From IMG/VR virus record IMGVR_UViG_3300036987_000047, positions 1 through 31,462 of that record: DNA of 31,462 bases; one strand, written 5' to 3'. The translations under genes were made by a program, and so were the position numbers. Below, piece after piece: positions 6,043-14,656 of the stretch. Origin of the DNA: a virus (lineage: Duplodnaviria; Caudoviricetes). The notes below the pieces were generated by a model. The model saw only the letters and a list, made by a program, of their open reading frames with translations. It made no database searches and was not told the origin of the DNA. How positions within the stretch are numbered: the first letter of the stretch is position 1; each line of letters begins with the position of its first letter.

Positions 6043-6078
6043 TGTGCGTAGCTCTCCCCCAAACGGGAGTAGGGCGCA

Positions 6079-6489
6079 ATGGGAGAAACAAAGCATCTTA
6101 CGCTGATCCGCGATACGCAGGACGAGTGGGCAACACTCGGCAAACTGTCCATCGACGGGCAGCATCTCTGCCACACGCTTGAGCGCCCCTGGCTCAACAA
6201 CAAGCCCCGCGTTTCCTGCATCCCCCACGGCACCTACCACGGCGCTATCCAACCGTCCCCCCGCTTCAAGCGCGACCTCCCGGAACTTCTTGACGTACCG
6301 GGGCGCGACCAAATCCTGATCCATGTCGGCAACACTGTTGACGATTCCGCCGGGTGCATCCTCGTGGGCTTGGAGCGCGCCGAACACGAATCGCGCATCA
6401 TGCAGTCCAAGGCGGCCCTTTCGCTGCTCATGGCAAACCTCGAAGGCTGCGACGGCTTCACCTTGACCGTCAGCGGCAAGGAGGGCTAG
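6079..6489 (+). CDS. DUF5675 family protein, putative endolysin (YkuD/LD-transpeptidase-like)
   Basis: TLG.L...CHTLE.PW..N....SCIP.GTY, ILIHVGN...DSAGCILVG; adjacent to a holin. Confidence 0.8.
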   Translation: MGETKHLTLIRDTQDEWATLGKLSIDGQHLCHTLERPWLNNKPRVSCIPHGTYHGAIQPSPRFKRDLPELLDVPGRDQILIHVGNTVDDSAGCILVGLERAEHESRIMQSKAALSLLMANLEGCDGFTLTVSGKEG

Positions 6490-6492
6490 GGC

Positions 6493-6897
6493 ATGGTGAG
6501 ACTTGACTTCATCCCGCTCATCGGCCCAGCCGTCCAAAAGCTCCTGTCGCTCATTCCCGACCCCAACGCCCGCGCAGCCGCAGAGGCCGAATATCAGCGC
6601 GAGGTTCTCACTATCGCCGCCAAGGCTGAGGCCGACCAGCGCGAGATCAACAAGGTCGAAGCCTCATCCCAGAGCGTATTCGTTGCTGGCTGGCGTCCGG
6701 CTATCGGCTGGGTGTGCGCCGTTGCTCTCGCCTTTCAGTATCTCATCCGCCCCCTCGCTGTCTGGGCCGGGGGCATATGGTGGCCGCACCTCCCCACCAT
6801 CCCCGGCCTAGACGAAAACCTTTGGCAGCTTATGTTCGGAATGCTCGGCATGGGCTCGCTGCGCACCTTCGAAAAAGTCAAGGGGGCGGGGAAATGA
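6493..6897 (+). CDS. 3TM holin (GTA_holin_3TM/DUF3154 type)
   Basis: INKVEA.S.S.FVAGWRPAIGWVC...LWQL.FGMLGMG.LRTFEK. Confidence 0.85.
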   Translation: MVRLDFIPLIGPAVQKLLSLIPDPNARAAAEAEYQREVLTIAAKAEADQREINKVEASSQSVFVAGWRPAIGWVCAVALAFQYLIRPLAVWAGGIWWPHLPTIPGLDENLWQLMFGMLGMGSLRTFEKVKGAGK

Positions 6898-7148
6898 TCC
6901 CCGGCCTCGACCTCGCCAACGCCCTGCTCACGCTCATCGGCGGGCTGCTGGTCATCGTATGGTGGTCCATCCGCTCTTGGATGTCGAAGATCGACGTCAA
7001 ACTTGACCGCATGGAACTGCGCCAAACTGCGATTGAAAAAGACTGCGTGACCTGGCCGGAACTGGAGAAGGTAACGCTGCGCCTTTCCGAGTATGACCGC
7101 CGCATCACCATAATCGAGACCACATGCAAACAGGAGCACGGGAATTAA
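6894..7148 (+). CDS. Single-TM coiled-coil lysis-cassette protein
   Basis: ATGA overlap with the holin; TM helix ALLTLIGGLLVIVWW then a coiled coil. Confidence 0.65.
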   Translation: MIPGLDLANALLTLIGGLLVIVWWSIRSWMSKIDVKLDRMELRQTAIEKDCVTWPELEKVTLRLSEYDRRITIIETTCKQEHGN

Positions 7149-7372
7149 TGGGCAGAACACCGAAGGTGAGGCCGTCGCCTGTGATGGCACACAATCTTAA
7201 CCACGGGGAAGCGGTCGTTGATGGCGCTGTCCTTGAGGGGTTGGCTAGAGACATCAATGCGGCCAAGGCGGACATCCGCGCCATCGCCGCCTACCTCGTC
7301 GAACGCGACCAAATTCGCCCCACTGACGCAGCATGGAAGCGCATCGCGCATCTCGCCGCAGGGGGAGAGTAA
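7148..7372 (+). CDS. Hypothetical protein
   Basis: TAATG overlap; 74 aa. Confidence 0.55.
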   Translation: MGRTPKVRPSPVMAHNLNHGEAVVDGAVLEGLARDINAAKADIRAIAAYLVERDQIRPTDAAWKRIAHLAAGGE

Positions 7373-7380
7373 ACGAATTT

Positions 7381-7432
7381 CCTGGGCTAGCGTGGCCGCG
7401 CGAAAAGGAGGCTGCTCCCCTCCCTGCCCAGG
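7381..7432 (+). promoter_or_regulatory. Three-way-junction RNA element upstream of the wHTH gene
   Basis: CCUGGGC/GCCCAGG closing stem, GCG..CGC hairpin, GAAAAG linker, GAGG..CCUC hairpin. Confidence 0.45.
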
Positions 7433-7465
7433 CACCAACAGAGCAAGTACCAGAGCAGGTACAGC

Positions 7466-7840
7466 ATGGAGAAGTCATGGCAGATCGCAGAACGCATATG
7501 GTCAGCAGAACTCAGCCCAACCGAGAAGTTGGTGGCACTCGCGGTGCTGCATCACCGGAACTCGGACACTGGCAAATGCTTCCCTTCGCGGGAGAGGTTG
7601 GCTTTGGTCTGCGGACTGTCTGTGCGAGTCGTACAAAGAGCACTGGCGCAACTCAAGGCGGATGGGGTGCTACGCCAATGCGGCATGATGGGCCGATTTG
7701 CGCTTATGGAGTTTGTCCCCAGAGTTAACTTGAGAGTTATGGGTGACGCACACGACACCCCAGGGGTGACGCACACGTCATACGTTGGACCGTTCAAGCC
7801 GATTGTCGGTGAGAGTCTAGAGCAAGAAACAACAGTTTGA
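7466..7840 (+). CDS. Winged-HTH (HTH_36-like) protein resembling a truncated replication initiator
   Basis: LSPTEKLVALAVLHHRNSDTGKCFPSRERLALVCGLSVRVVQRALAQLKADGVL. Confidence 0.75.
   Translation: MEKSWQIAERIWSAELSPTEKLVALAVLHHRNSDTGKCFPSRERLALVCGLSVRVVQRALAQLKADGVLRQCGMMGRFALMEFVPRVNLRVMGDAHDTPGVTHTSYVGPFKPIVGESLEQETTV
7741..7780 (+). repeat. Two 17-bp iteron-like direct repeats
   Basis: GGGTGACGCACACGACA (7741-7757) and GGGTGACGCACACGTCA (7764-7780), each partly palindromic. Confidence 0.7.
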
Positions 7841-7853
7841 AACAGGTGTTTGA

Positions 7854-8333
7854 ATGGCAGGACGCACGAAAACAGCACCCGACGAAAGACCGGCCATTAT
7901 TGCCGGGCTTGCGGCGTGGCTGTCCGAGGGCAAGACGCTGCGCGAGTTTTGTCGGCAGGAAGGGAAGCCGAGTTGGCAAAGCATCTATGCGTGGTTGGAT
8001 CAGGATAAGGACTTTTCTGACCGCATCGCGCGCGCGCGGTTAATCGGTGAGGACGCCATAGCGCAGGAGTGCTTGGCTATCGCGGACACTCCGCAGATGG
8101 GCGAGGAAACCAAGACTTCGGATGATGGCTATGAGGTCAAGCGCGGTGACATGCTAGGGCATCGCAAGCTCCAGATCGAAACCCGTCTCAAGCTGCTGGC
8201 GAAGTGGAACCCGAAGAAGTGGGGGGACAGCATCACGCAGACGCACAGGTTTGATGACGTGACGCAGGACCAGAGGGACGCCGCGCTAGTTGCGGCGGGG
8301 CTCCGGGCTCCGAAGAAGGCAACCGGTGGCTAA
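7854..8333 (+). CDS. terS: Terminase small subunit (Sf6 gp1-like)
   Basis: LSEGKTLREFCRQEGKPSWQSIYAWL...ARAR...IAD...KLQIETRLKLLAKWNPKKWGD; precedes terL. Confidence 0.85.
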   Translation: MAGRTKTAPDERPAIIAGLAAWLSEGKTLREFCRQEGKPSWQSIYAWLDQDKDFSDRIARARLIGEDAIAQECLAIADTPQMGEETKTSDDGYEVKRGDMLGHRKLQIETRLKLLAKWNPKKWGDSITQTHRFDDVTQDQRDAALVAAGLRAPKKATGG

Positions 8334-9744
8334 CGCGGCGCAGGCACTCCCGACCCCTGAGGTCATCGCTAGCGGCCTGTTGCGGTCGTATGTCTCGTAC
8401 CAGCACCCGTCCTATGATTGGGCACCGCACCACTTGCTGGTGTGCGATGCACTTGAGCGTGTGGACAGCGGCGAGTGTAAGCGGCTTATCATCGCCATGC
8501 CCCCGCGCCACGGCAAGTCCATGCTGACTTCCGAATATTTCCCGGCTTGGTATTTGGGCCGGAAGCCTAGCCGCTCCATCATCGCATCGTCCTACTCGCA
8601 AGAGTTGGCGGAAGACTTTGGGCGCAAGGTGCGCGGCCAGGTGACGGACCATCTGTGGGGCCAGGTGTTCCCGTCCGCCAGCATCATGCAGGGCAGCGCA
8701 AGCGCATCGCGCATCGACACCGGCCAGGGCGGCCATTACTACGCGGTTGGCGTCGGAGGGGCTGTCACTGGCCGAGGTGCTGACCTCTTGCTGATTGACG
8801 ACCCGGTGAAGGGCCGTGAGGACGCGGACAGTGAGACGATGCGCCGCCGCCAGAAGGATTGGTACCGTTCCGTGGCGTACACGCGCCTGATGCCCGGCGG
8901 GGCCATTGTGATGGTGCTCACCCGCTGGCATGAGGATGACCTTGCGGGCTGGTGCCTGGCCGAGCACGAGGGCGAGGGTTGGGAAGTGCTGTCCCTGCCA
9001 GCCCTGGCTGAGCCTGGGGACATCCTGGGGCGCGAGGTGGGAGATGCTCTTTGGCCTGATCGCTACCCGGTTGCAGTTCTCGCGGGCATCCGCTCCGTGT
9101 TGGGCCAGCGCGAATGGGCTGCGCTCTATCAGCAGCGCCCGGCCCCTGATGAGGGCGCATATTTTCAGCGGGAGTGGTTGCAGACCTACGACGGCTTGCC
9201 GTCTGGGCTGCGGATGTTCGGGGCATCTGATTACGCGGTGAGTGCAAACGGCGGGGACTACACCGTGCATGTGGTGGCCGGGGTTGACGACGCGGACGAT
9301 ATTTACCTGCTGGACCTCTGGCGGGAGCAATCGGATGCGCTTGGCTGGGTCGAGTCCTGGCTATCCATGCTGCGCATCTGGGCTCCGCAGGCGTGGGCAG
9401 AGGAAGCCGGGGTCATTGCCAAGACCGTGGCCCCTGTTCTCACCAAGCGGCTGCAAGAGGAGCGGCTGTATCGCACTCTGCGCAAGCCGTACCCGTCCAC
9501 CACGGATAAGGCCAGCCGGGCGCGCGGACTTCAGGCCAGGATGCAGGCGGGAAAGGTGTTTTTTCCCTCGCACCAGGACAAGCCGTGGGTGCTGGACCTC
9601 GTAAGCGAGATGCTGACTTTCCCGGCGGGCAAGCATGATGACCAGGTGGACGCGCTTTCATTGCTCTGCCGCTTGCTGGACGATATTGCGCCCAGGCGCG
9701 CAGACAACATCCCCCGCCAAGCGCGGGCAATTTGCAGACTCTAG
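8326..9744 (+). CDS. terL: Terminase large subunit
   Basis: Walker A MPPRHGKS, Walker B LLLIDDPVK, TRWHEDDL, nuclease FPAGKHDDQVDA; start GTG 8326 is a guess. Confidence 0.95.
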   Translation: MANAAQALPTPEVIASGLLRSYVSYQHPSYDWAPHHLLVCDALERVDSGECKRLIIAMPPRHGKSMLTSEYFPAWYLGRKPSRSIIASSYSQELAEDFGRKVRGQVTDHLWGQVFPSASIMQGSASASRIDTGQGGHYYAVGVGGAVTGRGADLLLIDDPVKGREDADSETMRRRQKDWYRSVAYTRLMPGGAIVMVLTRWHEDDLAGWCLAEHEGEGWEVLSLPALAEPGDILGREVGDALWPDRYPVAVLAGIRSVLGQREWAALYQQRPAPDEGAYFQREWLQTYDGLPSGLRMFGASDYAVSANGGDYTVHVVAGVDDADDIYLLDLWREQSDALGWVESWLSMLRIWAPQAWAEEAGVIAKTVAPVLTKRLQEERLYRTLRKPYPSTTDKASRARGLQARMQAGKVFFPSHQDKPWVLDLVSEMLTFPAGKHDDQVDALSLLCRLLDDIAPRRADNIPRQARAICRL

Positions 9745-9754
9745 GAGGTACAGA

Positions 9755-9985
9755 ATGGGTGGAATATCCAGAGCAATCTTCGGTGGCGGCAGTGCGCCGT
9801 CTTTGCCCCCCGCGCCGATCTACGACAACAGCGCCGAGGTGGCTGCCGCTGCCGCTGCTGAACGTAAACGGGCCGCTGCTGCTAGGGGCCGGGCGTCCAC
9901 CATCCGCACGGGTGGCGCGGGCGTTGAAGAAGAACCCATGTCGCTCCTGCAACTCGCTGGCAGCAAGACCAAGCTGGGGCAGTAA
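9755..9985 (+). CDS. Small virion assembly protein preceding the portal (T7 gp7.3-like position)
   Basis: AGGAGG SD; MGG...PAP...GRASTIRTGG...KTKLGQ pattern typical of pre-portal genes in BPP-1-like phages. Confidence 0.7.
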   Translation: MGGISRAIFGGGSAPSLPPAPIYDNSAEVAAAAAAERKRAAAARGRASTIRTGGAGVEEEPMSLLQLAGSKTKLGQ

Positions 9986-11616
9986 TGGCACATTCGGAAC
10001 TCGCCAACAAGCTCGACTCGCGGCTTAAGGCCCTGGAGTCTGCCCGCCTGACATGGGACGCGACTGCGCAAGAGATTGCGGAGTTCATATTCCCCGACAA
10101 GGCTGACTTCACCGTGCAGTGGGGCGAGGGCCAGCAGCGCAACATGGTCCTGTTCGACGCGACGGCTCCTGTGGCTGCGGGTCTGCTGGCCGCTGCGCTG
10201 CAATCGCTCCTGACCAGCCCTGGTGATACCTGGTTGCGTATGCGCCCGGTTTCGCCCCAGGTCAACGACGACTCCGAGGCAAAACTGTGGGCCGACGGCG
10301 TTGTGGAGCGCGTCCTTGCCACGCTGTACTCTGACGGCGTTGGCTTCGTGACGGCGGAACACGAGATGTACCTGGACGTAGTGACGTTCGGCGTGGCCTG
10401 TATGAACTCTGAAGACGATCCGGCGACTCGTGTCCGGGTGCGCGCCTACCCGATCAGGGATATCTTCTACGCCGAAAACTCCAGGGGTGCGCCGGATACC
10501 GTGTACAGGCGTCAGAAGATGACTGCCCGGCAGATCGAACAGGACTGGCCGGGCAAATGCTCCGAATCCGTCAAGGCCGCGCTAGAGTCCAGCCCGGAGC
10601 AGATGTTTGACGTGGTCCATGCCGTTTACCCGCGCGTGGATGCCCCGAAGGGGATTCCAGCGGAACGCCTTACCAACAGAGACATGCCCTTTGCCTCGGT
10701 CTGGTTTGAGCGCGCCGGGGCTCACCTATTGAGCGAGAGCGGCTACCATGAGCAGCCGTACCACGTCATGCGATGGGGCAAGGCTGCTGGAGAGATCATG
10801 GGGCGTGGCCCTGGCCTGACGGCACTCCCGTTCATCCGTGCGCTGAATGCGATGGTCTACACTGCGATGCTGGCAAGTGAGAAGATCGCCAACCCGCCCA
10901 CGATGCTTCCGGACGACGGCCTTGTCGGGACAGTGGACACCGGCCCTGGCGGGATTGTGTACTACCGTGTCGGGAGCGGAGACGACATCAAGCAATTCCC
11001 GGTGGAGGCTGACTTGAGCGGGGCGCTGGCCCTTATCGAGCGCAACACCGAGGCTGTCAAGAACACGTTCCTGTACTACCAGATGCAACCTGCGGTTGGT
11101 GGGCCGCAGAAGACGATTCCGCAGGTTCTCTTGGAGCAGGAAGAGAAGATGCGTGCGCTTGGCCCGGCGATGGGCAGGATGCAGACGGAGTACCTGACGC
11201 CGTTCATCAACCGGGTGTTCAACATTTTGTTGCGCGCTGGCGATATCCCGCCCCCGCCTGAGTCCATCCAGGGAGAAGAGGTCATGTTCGAGTATTCCTC
11301 GCCCGTATCGCGCAGCCAGAAGCTCAACCAGGCGCGGGCATTTGGGCAGGCCGTTGAGTACGTCGCCCCGGTCATGCAGGTTGATCCGTCTGTGCGTTTC
11401 AACTTCGACTCGCACAAGATTGTGCGGGATTCACAGACGATCTTCGGCTACCCGGCAGACTACCTCAGGCCGGAAGCTGACGTGCAGGCCAGCATCAAGG
11501 CAGAGCAGGACGCCATTGCGCAGGCGCAAGAGGCACAGACCGTCACCGATGGAGTCAAGACGGCGTCCGAGGCTGCCAAAGCCGGGCTGATAGGGGGCGA
11601 GAATGCGGAAGGATGA
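9985..11616 (+). CDS. Portal / head-to-tail connector (T7 gp8 family)
   Basis: 543 aa; FDATAP.A...LAA.LQSLLTSP, RWGKAAGEIMGRGP, LGP.MGRMQTEYL.P.INRVF.IL.R. Confidence 0.9.
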   Translation: MAHSELANKLDSRLKALESARLTWDATAQEIAEFIFPDKADFTVQWGEGQQRNMVLFDATAPVAAGLLAAALQSLLTSPGDTWLRMRPVSPQVNDDSEAKLWADGVVERVLATLYSDGVGFVTAEHEMYLDVVTFGVACMNSEDDPATRVRVRAYPIRDIFYAENSRGAPDTVYRRQKMTARQIEQDWPGKCSESVKAALESSPEQMFDVVHAVYPRVDAPKGIPAERLTNRDMPFASVWFERAGAHLLSESGYHEQPYHVMRWGKAAGEIMGRGPGLTALPFIRALNAMVYTAMLASEKIANPPTMLPDDGLVGTVDTGPGGIVYYRVGSGDDIKQFPVEADLSGALALIERNTEAVKNTFLYYQMQPAVGGPQKTIPQVLLEQEEKMRALGPAMGRMQTEYLTPFINRVFNILLRAGDIPPPPESIQGEEVMFEYSSPVSRSQKLNQARAFGQAVEYVAPVMQVDPSVRFNFDSHKIVRDSQTIFGYPADYLRPEADVQASIKAEQDAIAQAQEAQTVTDGVKTASEAAKAGLIGGENAEG

Positions 11617-11851
11617 TGCCGAGGGGCGCTTAAACCTCACACGGGCATATGCTGACGTGTTCTCCTCCCCGCAGGGCAAGATGGTGCTGGCAAACTTGAA
11701 GAAGCTTTACCATGTCGAGGCGAGTGGATTCACCGATTCGGCCCTTGTGCTGGCTCGGAACGAAGGGCAGCGCGAAGTGGTGTTGCACATCATGCGCGCA
11801 GCCACGCTGCTGGATAAAACCACAACCAAGGAAGTGACTGATGGACGGTGA
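11603..11851 (+). CDS. Bbp19-like small head-region protein
   Basis: YADVFSSPQGKMVLANL...ARNEGQREVVLHI; lies between portal and scaffold. Confidence 0.75.
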   Translation: MRKDDAEGRLNLTRAYADVFSSPQGKMVLANLKKLYHVEASGFTDSALVLARNEGQREVVLHIMRAATLLDKTTTKEVTDGR

Positions 11852-12728
11852 TGGACAGGCTCAGGGCCAGGATCAGCAGGCTGGCGGCGTGACTTTCACG
11901 GCCAGTGACGGCGGCGACGGTGGGCAGCAGGGGCAGGGCAACGCGCAGGCCACGGACTTTTTCAGCTTTGTGCCTGAAGAGTTGAAGGGTGCCCCGTGGC
12001 TGGAGAAGTACAAAACGCCGGAAGACTTCTTCAAGGGCGTTGACAATCTCCAGAAGGTCGCCGGCCAGAAGATGGATGGCGTTGTGCGCCCTGCCGCTGA
12101 TGCCAAGCCGGAAGCGTGGGACGAGTTTTACAGCAAAATAGGCGTGCCGGAGAAGCCGGACGGCTACGCGCTCACCGTCGACGCGAAGTTCAAAGACCTG
12201 TTCCTGCCCGGTGATGACAAGATGGTGGCGCAGATTTTCCACGCTGCCAAGCTGACGCCGGAGCAAGGCGCGGCCTTGCTGCCCAAGTACCTGGAGATGC
12301 GGGCGGGTCAGATGGAACAGTTAAAGGCCCAGCGCGCGGAAGAGTTCAACGCTGGCAAGCAGGCGCTCCAAAAGGAGTGGGGCTCCAAGTTCGACGAGAA
12401 CCTGGGCAACGCCGCCAAGGGCCTGGACAAGGCCGGGCTGCTGGAGGATTTGGAAAAGCAGGGCCTTGGCAACAACCCCGCGATTCTCAAGCTCGGGGAG
12501 CTGCTGAACCGCGCTCTTGGCGAGGACTACCAGCGCGAAGGGCAGAGCTTCAGCCAGAAGGCGGGCATGGAAGCCATGAAGCGCGAGATGGACGGGCTCA
12601 CGTCCAATCCGAACTTCCAGCGCGACCAGGGCTTGCAACAGCGCGCGTTCGACTTGAGCGCCAAAATTCTCAAGGCTTCCTCGCGCGGCCAGCAGGCCGG
12701 GAGTGTACCGGAGTTCTCCGCGCGATAG
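11841..12728 (+). CDS. Capsid scaffolding protein
   Basis: WDEFYSKIGVPEKPDGY, LQKEWG.KFDEN, GLGNNP; acidic and helical; precedes the capsid gene. Confidence 0.8.
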   Translation: MDGDGQAQGQDQQAGGVTFTASDGGDGGQQGQGNAQATDFFSFVPEELKGAPWLEKYKTPEDFFKGVDNLQKVAGQKMDGVVRPAADAKPEAWDEFYSKIGVPEKPDGYALTVDAKFKDLFLPGDDKMVAQIFHAAKLTPEQGAALLPKYLEMRAGQMEQLKAQRAEEFNAGKQALQKEWGSKFDENLGNAAKGLDKAGLLEDLEKQGLGNNPAILKLGELLNRALGEDYQREGQSFSQKAGMEAMKREMDGLTSNPNFQRDQGLQQRAFDLSAKILKASSRGQQAGSVPEFSAR

Positions 12729-12743
12729 CATAAACGCACAACA

Positions 12744-12840
12744 GGCATGGCCGCGAACGCCCGCTCGGAGCGGACACCAAGTAGCGACACCCACGCCGAA
12801 ATAAACCAAAGCACGGCCCGTCAGTGACGGACACCCGCGC
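12744..12840 (+). promoter_or_regulatory. Structured leader of the capsid gene with three C/ACAC internal loops
   Basis: GG-C-CGC..GCG-ACAC-CC, G-C-CCGC..GCGG-ACAC-C and GG-C-CCGTC..GACGG-ACAC-CC. Confidence 0.55.
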
Positions 12841-12881
12841 AGAGGAGATACAAAGATGAACCACACCTAACGGAGAATACC

Positions 12882-13709
12882 ATGTCCAACGACGTTCTCA
12901 CCAGTTTCTGCACCTACTTCGACCCGCTGTTCAAGGGTGCCTACCAGAAGCTCATGGCGAAGACCCGTGACAAGGTGCGCGTCCAGACCGGCTTCCAGGG
13001 CTCCACGACCAAGTTCCAGAAGGTCGGCAAGGGTACTGCGCTGGCCAAGACCCGCCACGGCAAGTTGCCGATTATGAACGTCGACCACGACGTCGTGACG
13101 GCCACGATGGCGACCAAGTACGCCCCTGAGATGATCGACGCCGAAGACTTGAAGATGACCAACGTCGATCTGGCCGCCGCCTACAACGAGGCCATCTCCG
13201 GCGCTCTGGCGAAGGCCTACGACGACATGATCTACACGGCGATGGACGCCACAAGCAACACCGTGGCTGAGGGCTCTGCTGGCCTGACCCGTGCCAAGGT
13301 CTTCGCGGCCTTCGAGCAGCTCAACAAGTACAACGTGCCCGGCTCTGACCGCTTCTGTGCCGTCGGCGCGCACCAGTGGAACGAGCTCCTGGACATCAGC
13401 GAGTTCGCCAGCGCCGACTTCGTTGGCCCGAACTACCCCTGGCTCCAGGCCGCCAACGCCCGCAATTGGCTGGGCATTTACTGGTACATGGATGCTGATC
13501 TGCCCCTGTCCAGCGGCACCCGCAAGTGCTTCATGTGGCACAAGCAGGCCGTGGGCCTGGGCGAACTGACCCCCTTCACCCGCACGATGGAGCGCCTGCC
13601 GGACGCTGACGCGTGGCTGCTGACGGGCAAGTTCACCGCCGGTGCCATCCTCATCGAAGCCGAAGGCTGCGTTGAGATCGCCTGTGACGACGACGCCGCC
13701 ATCTCGTAA
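12882..13709 (+). CDS. Major capsid protein
   Basis: 275 aa with strongly biased codons; FQKVGKGTA..KTRHG, AFEQLNKYNVP...R, WLGIYW, WHKQAVGLG, GAILIEAEG; follows the scaffold. Confidence 0.85.
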   Translation: MSNDVLTSFCTYFDPLFKGAYQKLMAKTRDKVRVQTGFQGSTTKFQKVGKGTALAKTRHGKLPIMNVDHDVVTATMATKYAPEMIDAEDLKMTNVDLAAAYNEAISGALAKAYDDMIYTAMDATSNTVAEGSAGLTRAKVFAAFEQLNKYNVPGSDRFCAVGAHQWNELLDISEFASADFVGPNYPWLQAANARNWLGIYWYMDADLPLSSGTRKCFMWHKQAVGLGELTPFTRTMERLPDADAWLLTGKFTAGAILIEAEGCVEIACDDDAAIS

Positions 13710-13717
13710 GGAGAAAC

Positions 13718-13897
13718 ATGGCAAGGCCGAGAAAGGATAGCGGCGTTGAGGTTGAGCCCGCTCACAAGGCAGGCCAGCCCAAAGCCGACACAAAGAAGAC
13801 CGACATGCTCATCGAGGCCCTGCTGGCCCACTTCATCGCGGAGTACGGCGACAGGCAGGACGGCATTGTCAAAACGTTGAAGGCCCTGAGGGGCTAG
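13718..13897 (+). CDS. Small hypothetical protein (59 aa, MARPRKD...)
   Basis: AAGGAG SD; fills the gap after the capsid gene. Confidence 0.6.
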   Translation: MARPRKDSGVEVEPAHKAGQPKADTKKTDMLIEALLAHFIAEYGDRQDGIVKTLKALRG

Positions 13898-13907
13898 GAG
13901 AAACATC

Positions 13908-14159
13908 ATGGCTTACGACAAGACCAAGCTTCGCCTGATCCCTGGCGGGGTGCCGGGCGAGAACCTGTACACCTACAAGACCACGGACCTGCTGTCCGTC
14001 GTTGTGGCCTCCGGCTACTTCGACGACGCCGTGACCGACTACAACATGGCGACCGGGGATAAGATCATCGCCTCCACCGGGTCGGTTGGGGCCGCTGCGG
14101 TTGACCTCCTTGTGGCAACCCTTACCACTGCCACCATCACGGTGGTCAACGGCTCCTAA
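13908..14159 (+). CDS. Putative capsid decoration/minor head protein
   Basis: AGGAG SD; capsid-like codon bias; YTYKTTD....V..SGYF......GD.I pattern. Confidence 0.6.
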   Translation: MAYDKTKLRLIPGGVPGENLYTYKTTDLLSVVVASGYFDDAVTDYNMATGDKIIASTGSVGAAAVDLLVATLTTATITVVNGS

Positions 14160-14171
14160 GGCGCATGAACA

Positions 14172-14200
14172 GGGCCGGGGGTGGTTTGCGCTCCCGGCCC
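14172..14200 (+). terminator. GC-rich hairpin after the highly expressed head genes (no U-tract; mRNA stabiliser or weak terminator)
   Basis: GGGCCGGGGGTG-GTTTG-CGCTCCCGGCCC. Confidence 0.4.
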
Positions 14201-14216
14201 AAGGTAAGGGGCGGCG

Positions 14217-14648
14217 ATGTTTGATCTTGGCACCGCGCTGAAGATAACGATTGACGGCGGCATTGCTGTCCGGCTCAAGAATGGGACAGGGGCTCCCAGC
14301 GTCAAGGGGTCGCTCGTTACGCCTTCGCAGGATATTGATCTTGCCGTGGTGCTTCAATCAAACACCTATGACTGCATCGGCGTCATGTACGAAGACGGCG
14401 TAGCAGACGGCGAGTGGTGCTGGGTCGTTGTGTCCGGGTTGGCCCAGGTGCTCTACAAAAACGCCACGGCTGCAACGCGCGGCAACGTGTGCATAGCTGA
14501 CGCGGTAGACGGCAGGGCCAGCGACATTGCGAACTTCGGTGGCGGGCTTCCGGCTGTGGACACCCACTTCAAAGAGATCGGGCACGTTCTGGAAAGCAAA
14601 GACGCAGGCACGAATGTGCTTGCCTTCGTCAACCTGCACTTCAACTAG
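14217..14648 (+). CDS. Putative capsid cement/decoration protein (DUF2190-like)
   Basis: N.TG..SVKG.LV, IGV.......G...WVVVSG.A.V, IG.VLE beta-rich pattern. Confidence 0.55.
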   Translation: MFDLGTALKITIDGGIAVRLKNGTGAPSVKGSLVTPSQDIDLAVVLQSNTYDCIGVMYEDGVADGEWCWVVVSGLAQVLYKNATAATRGNVCIADAVDGRASDIANFGGGLPAVDTHFKEIGHVLESKDAGTNVLAFVNLHFN

Positions 14649-14656
14649 GGCCACAG

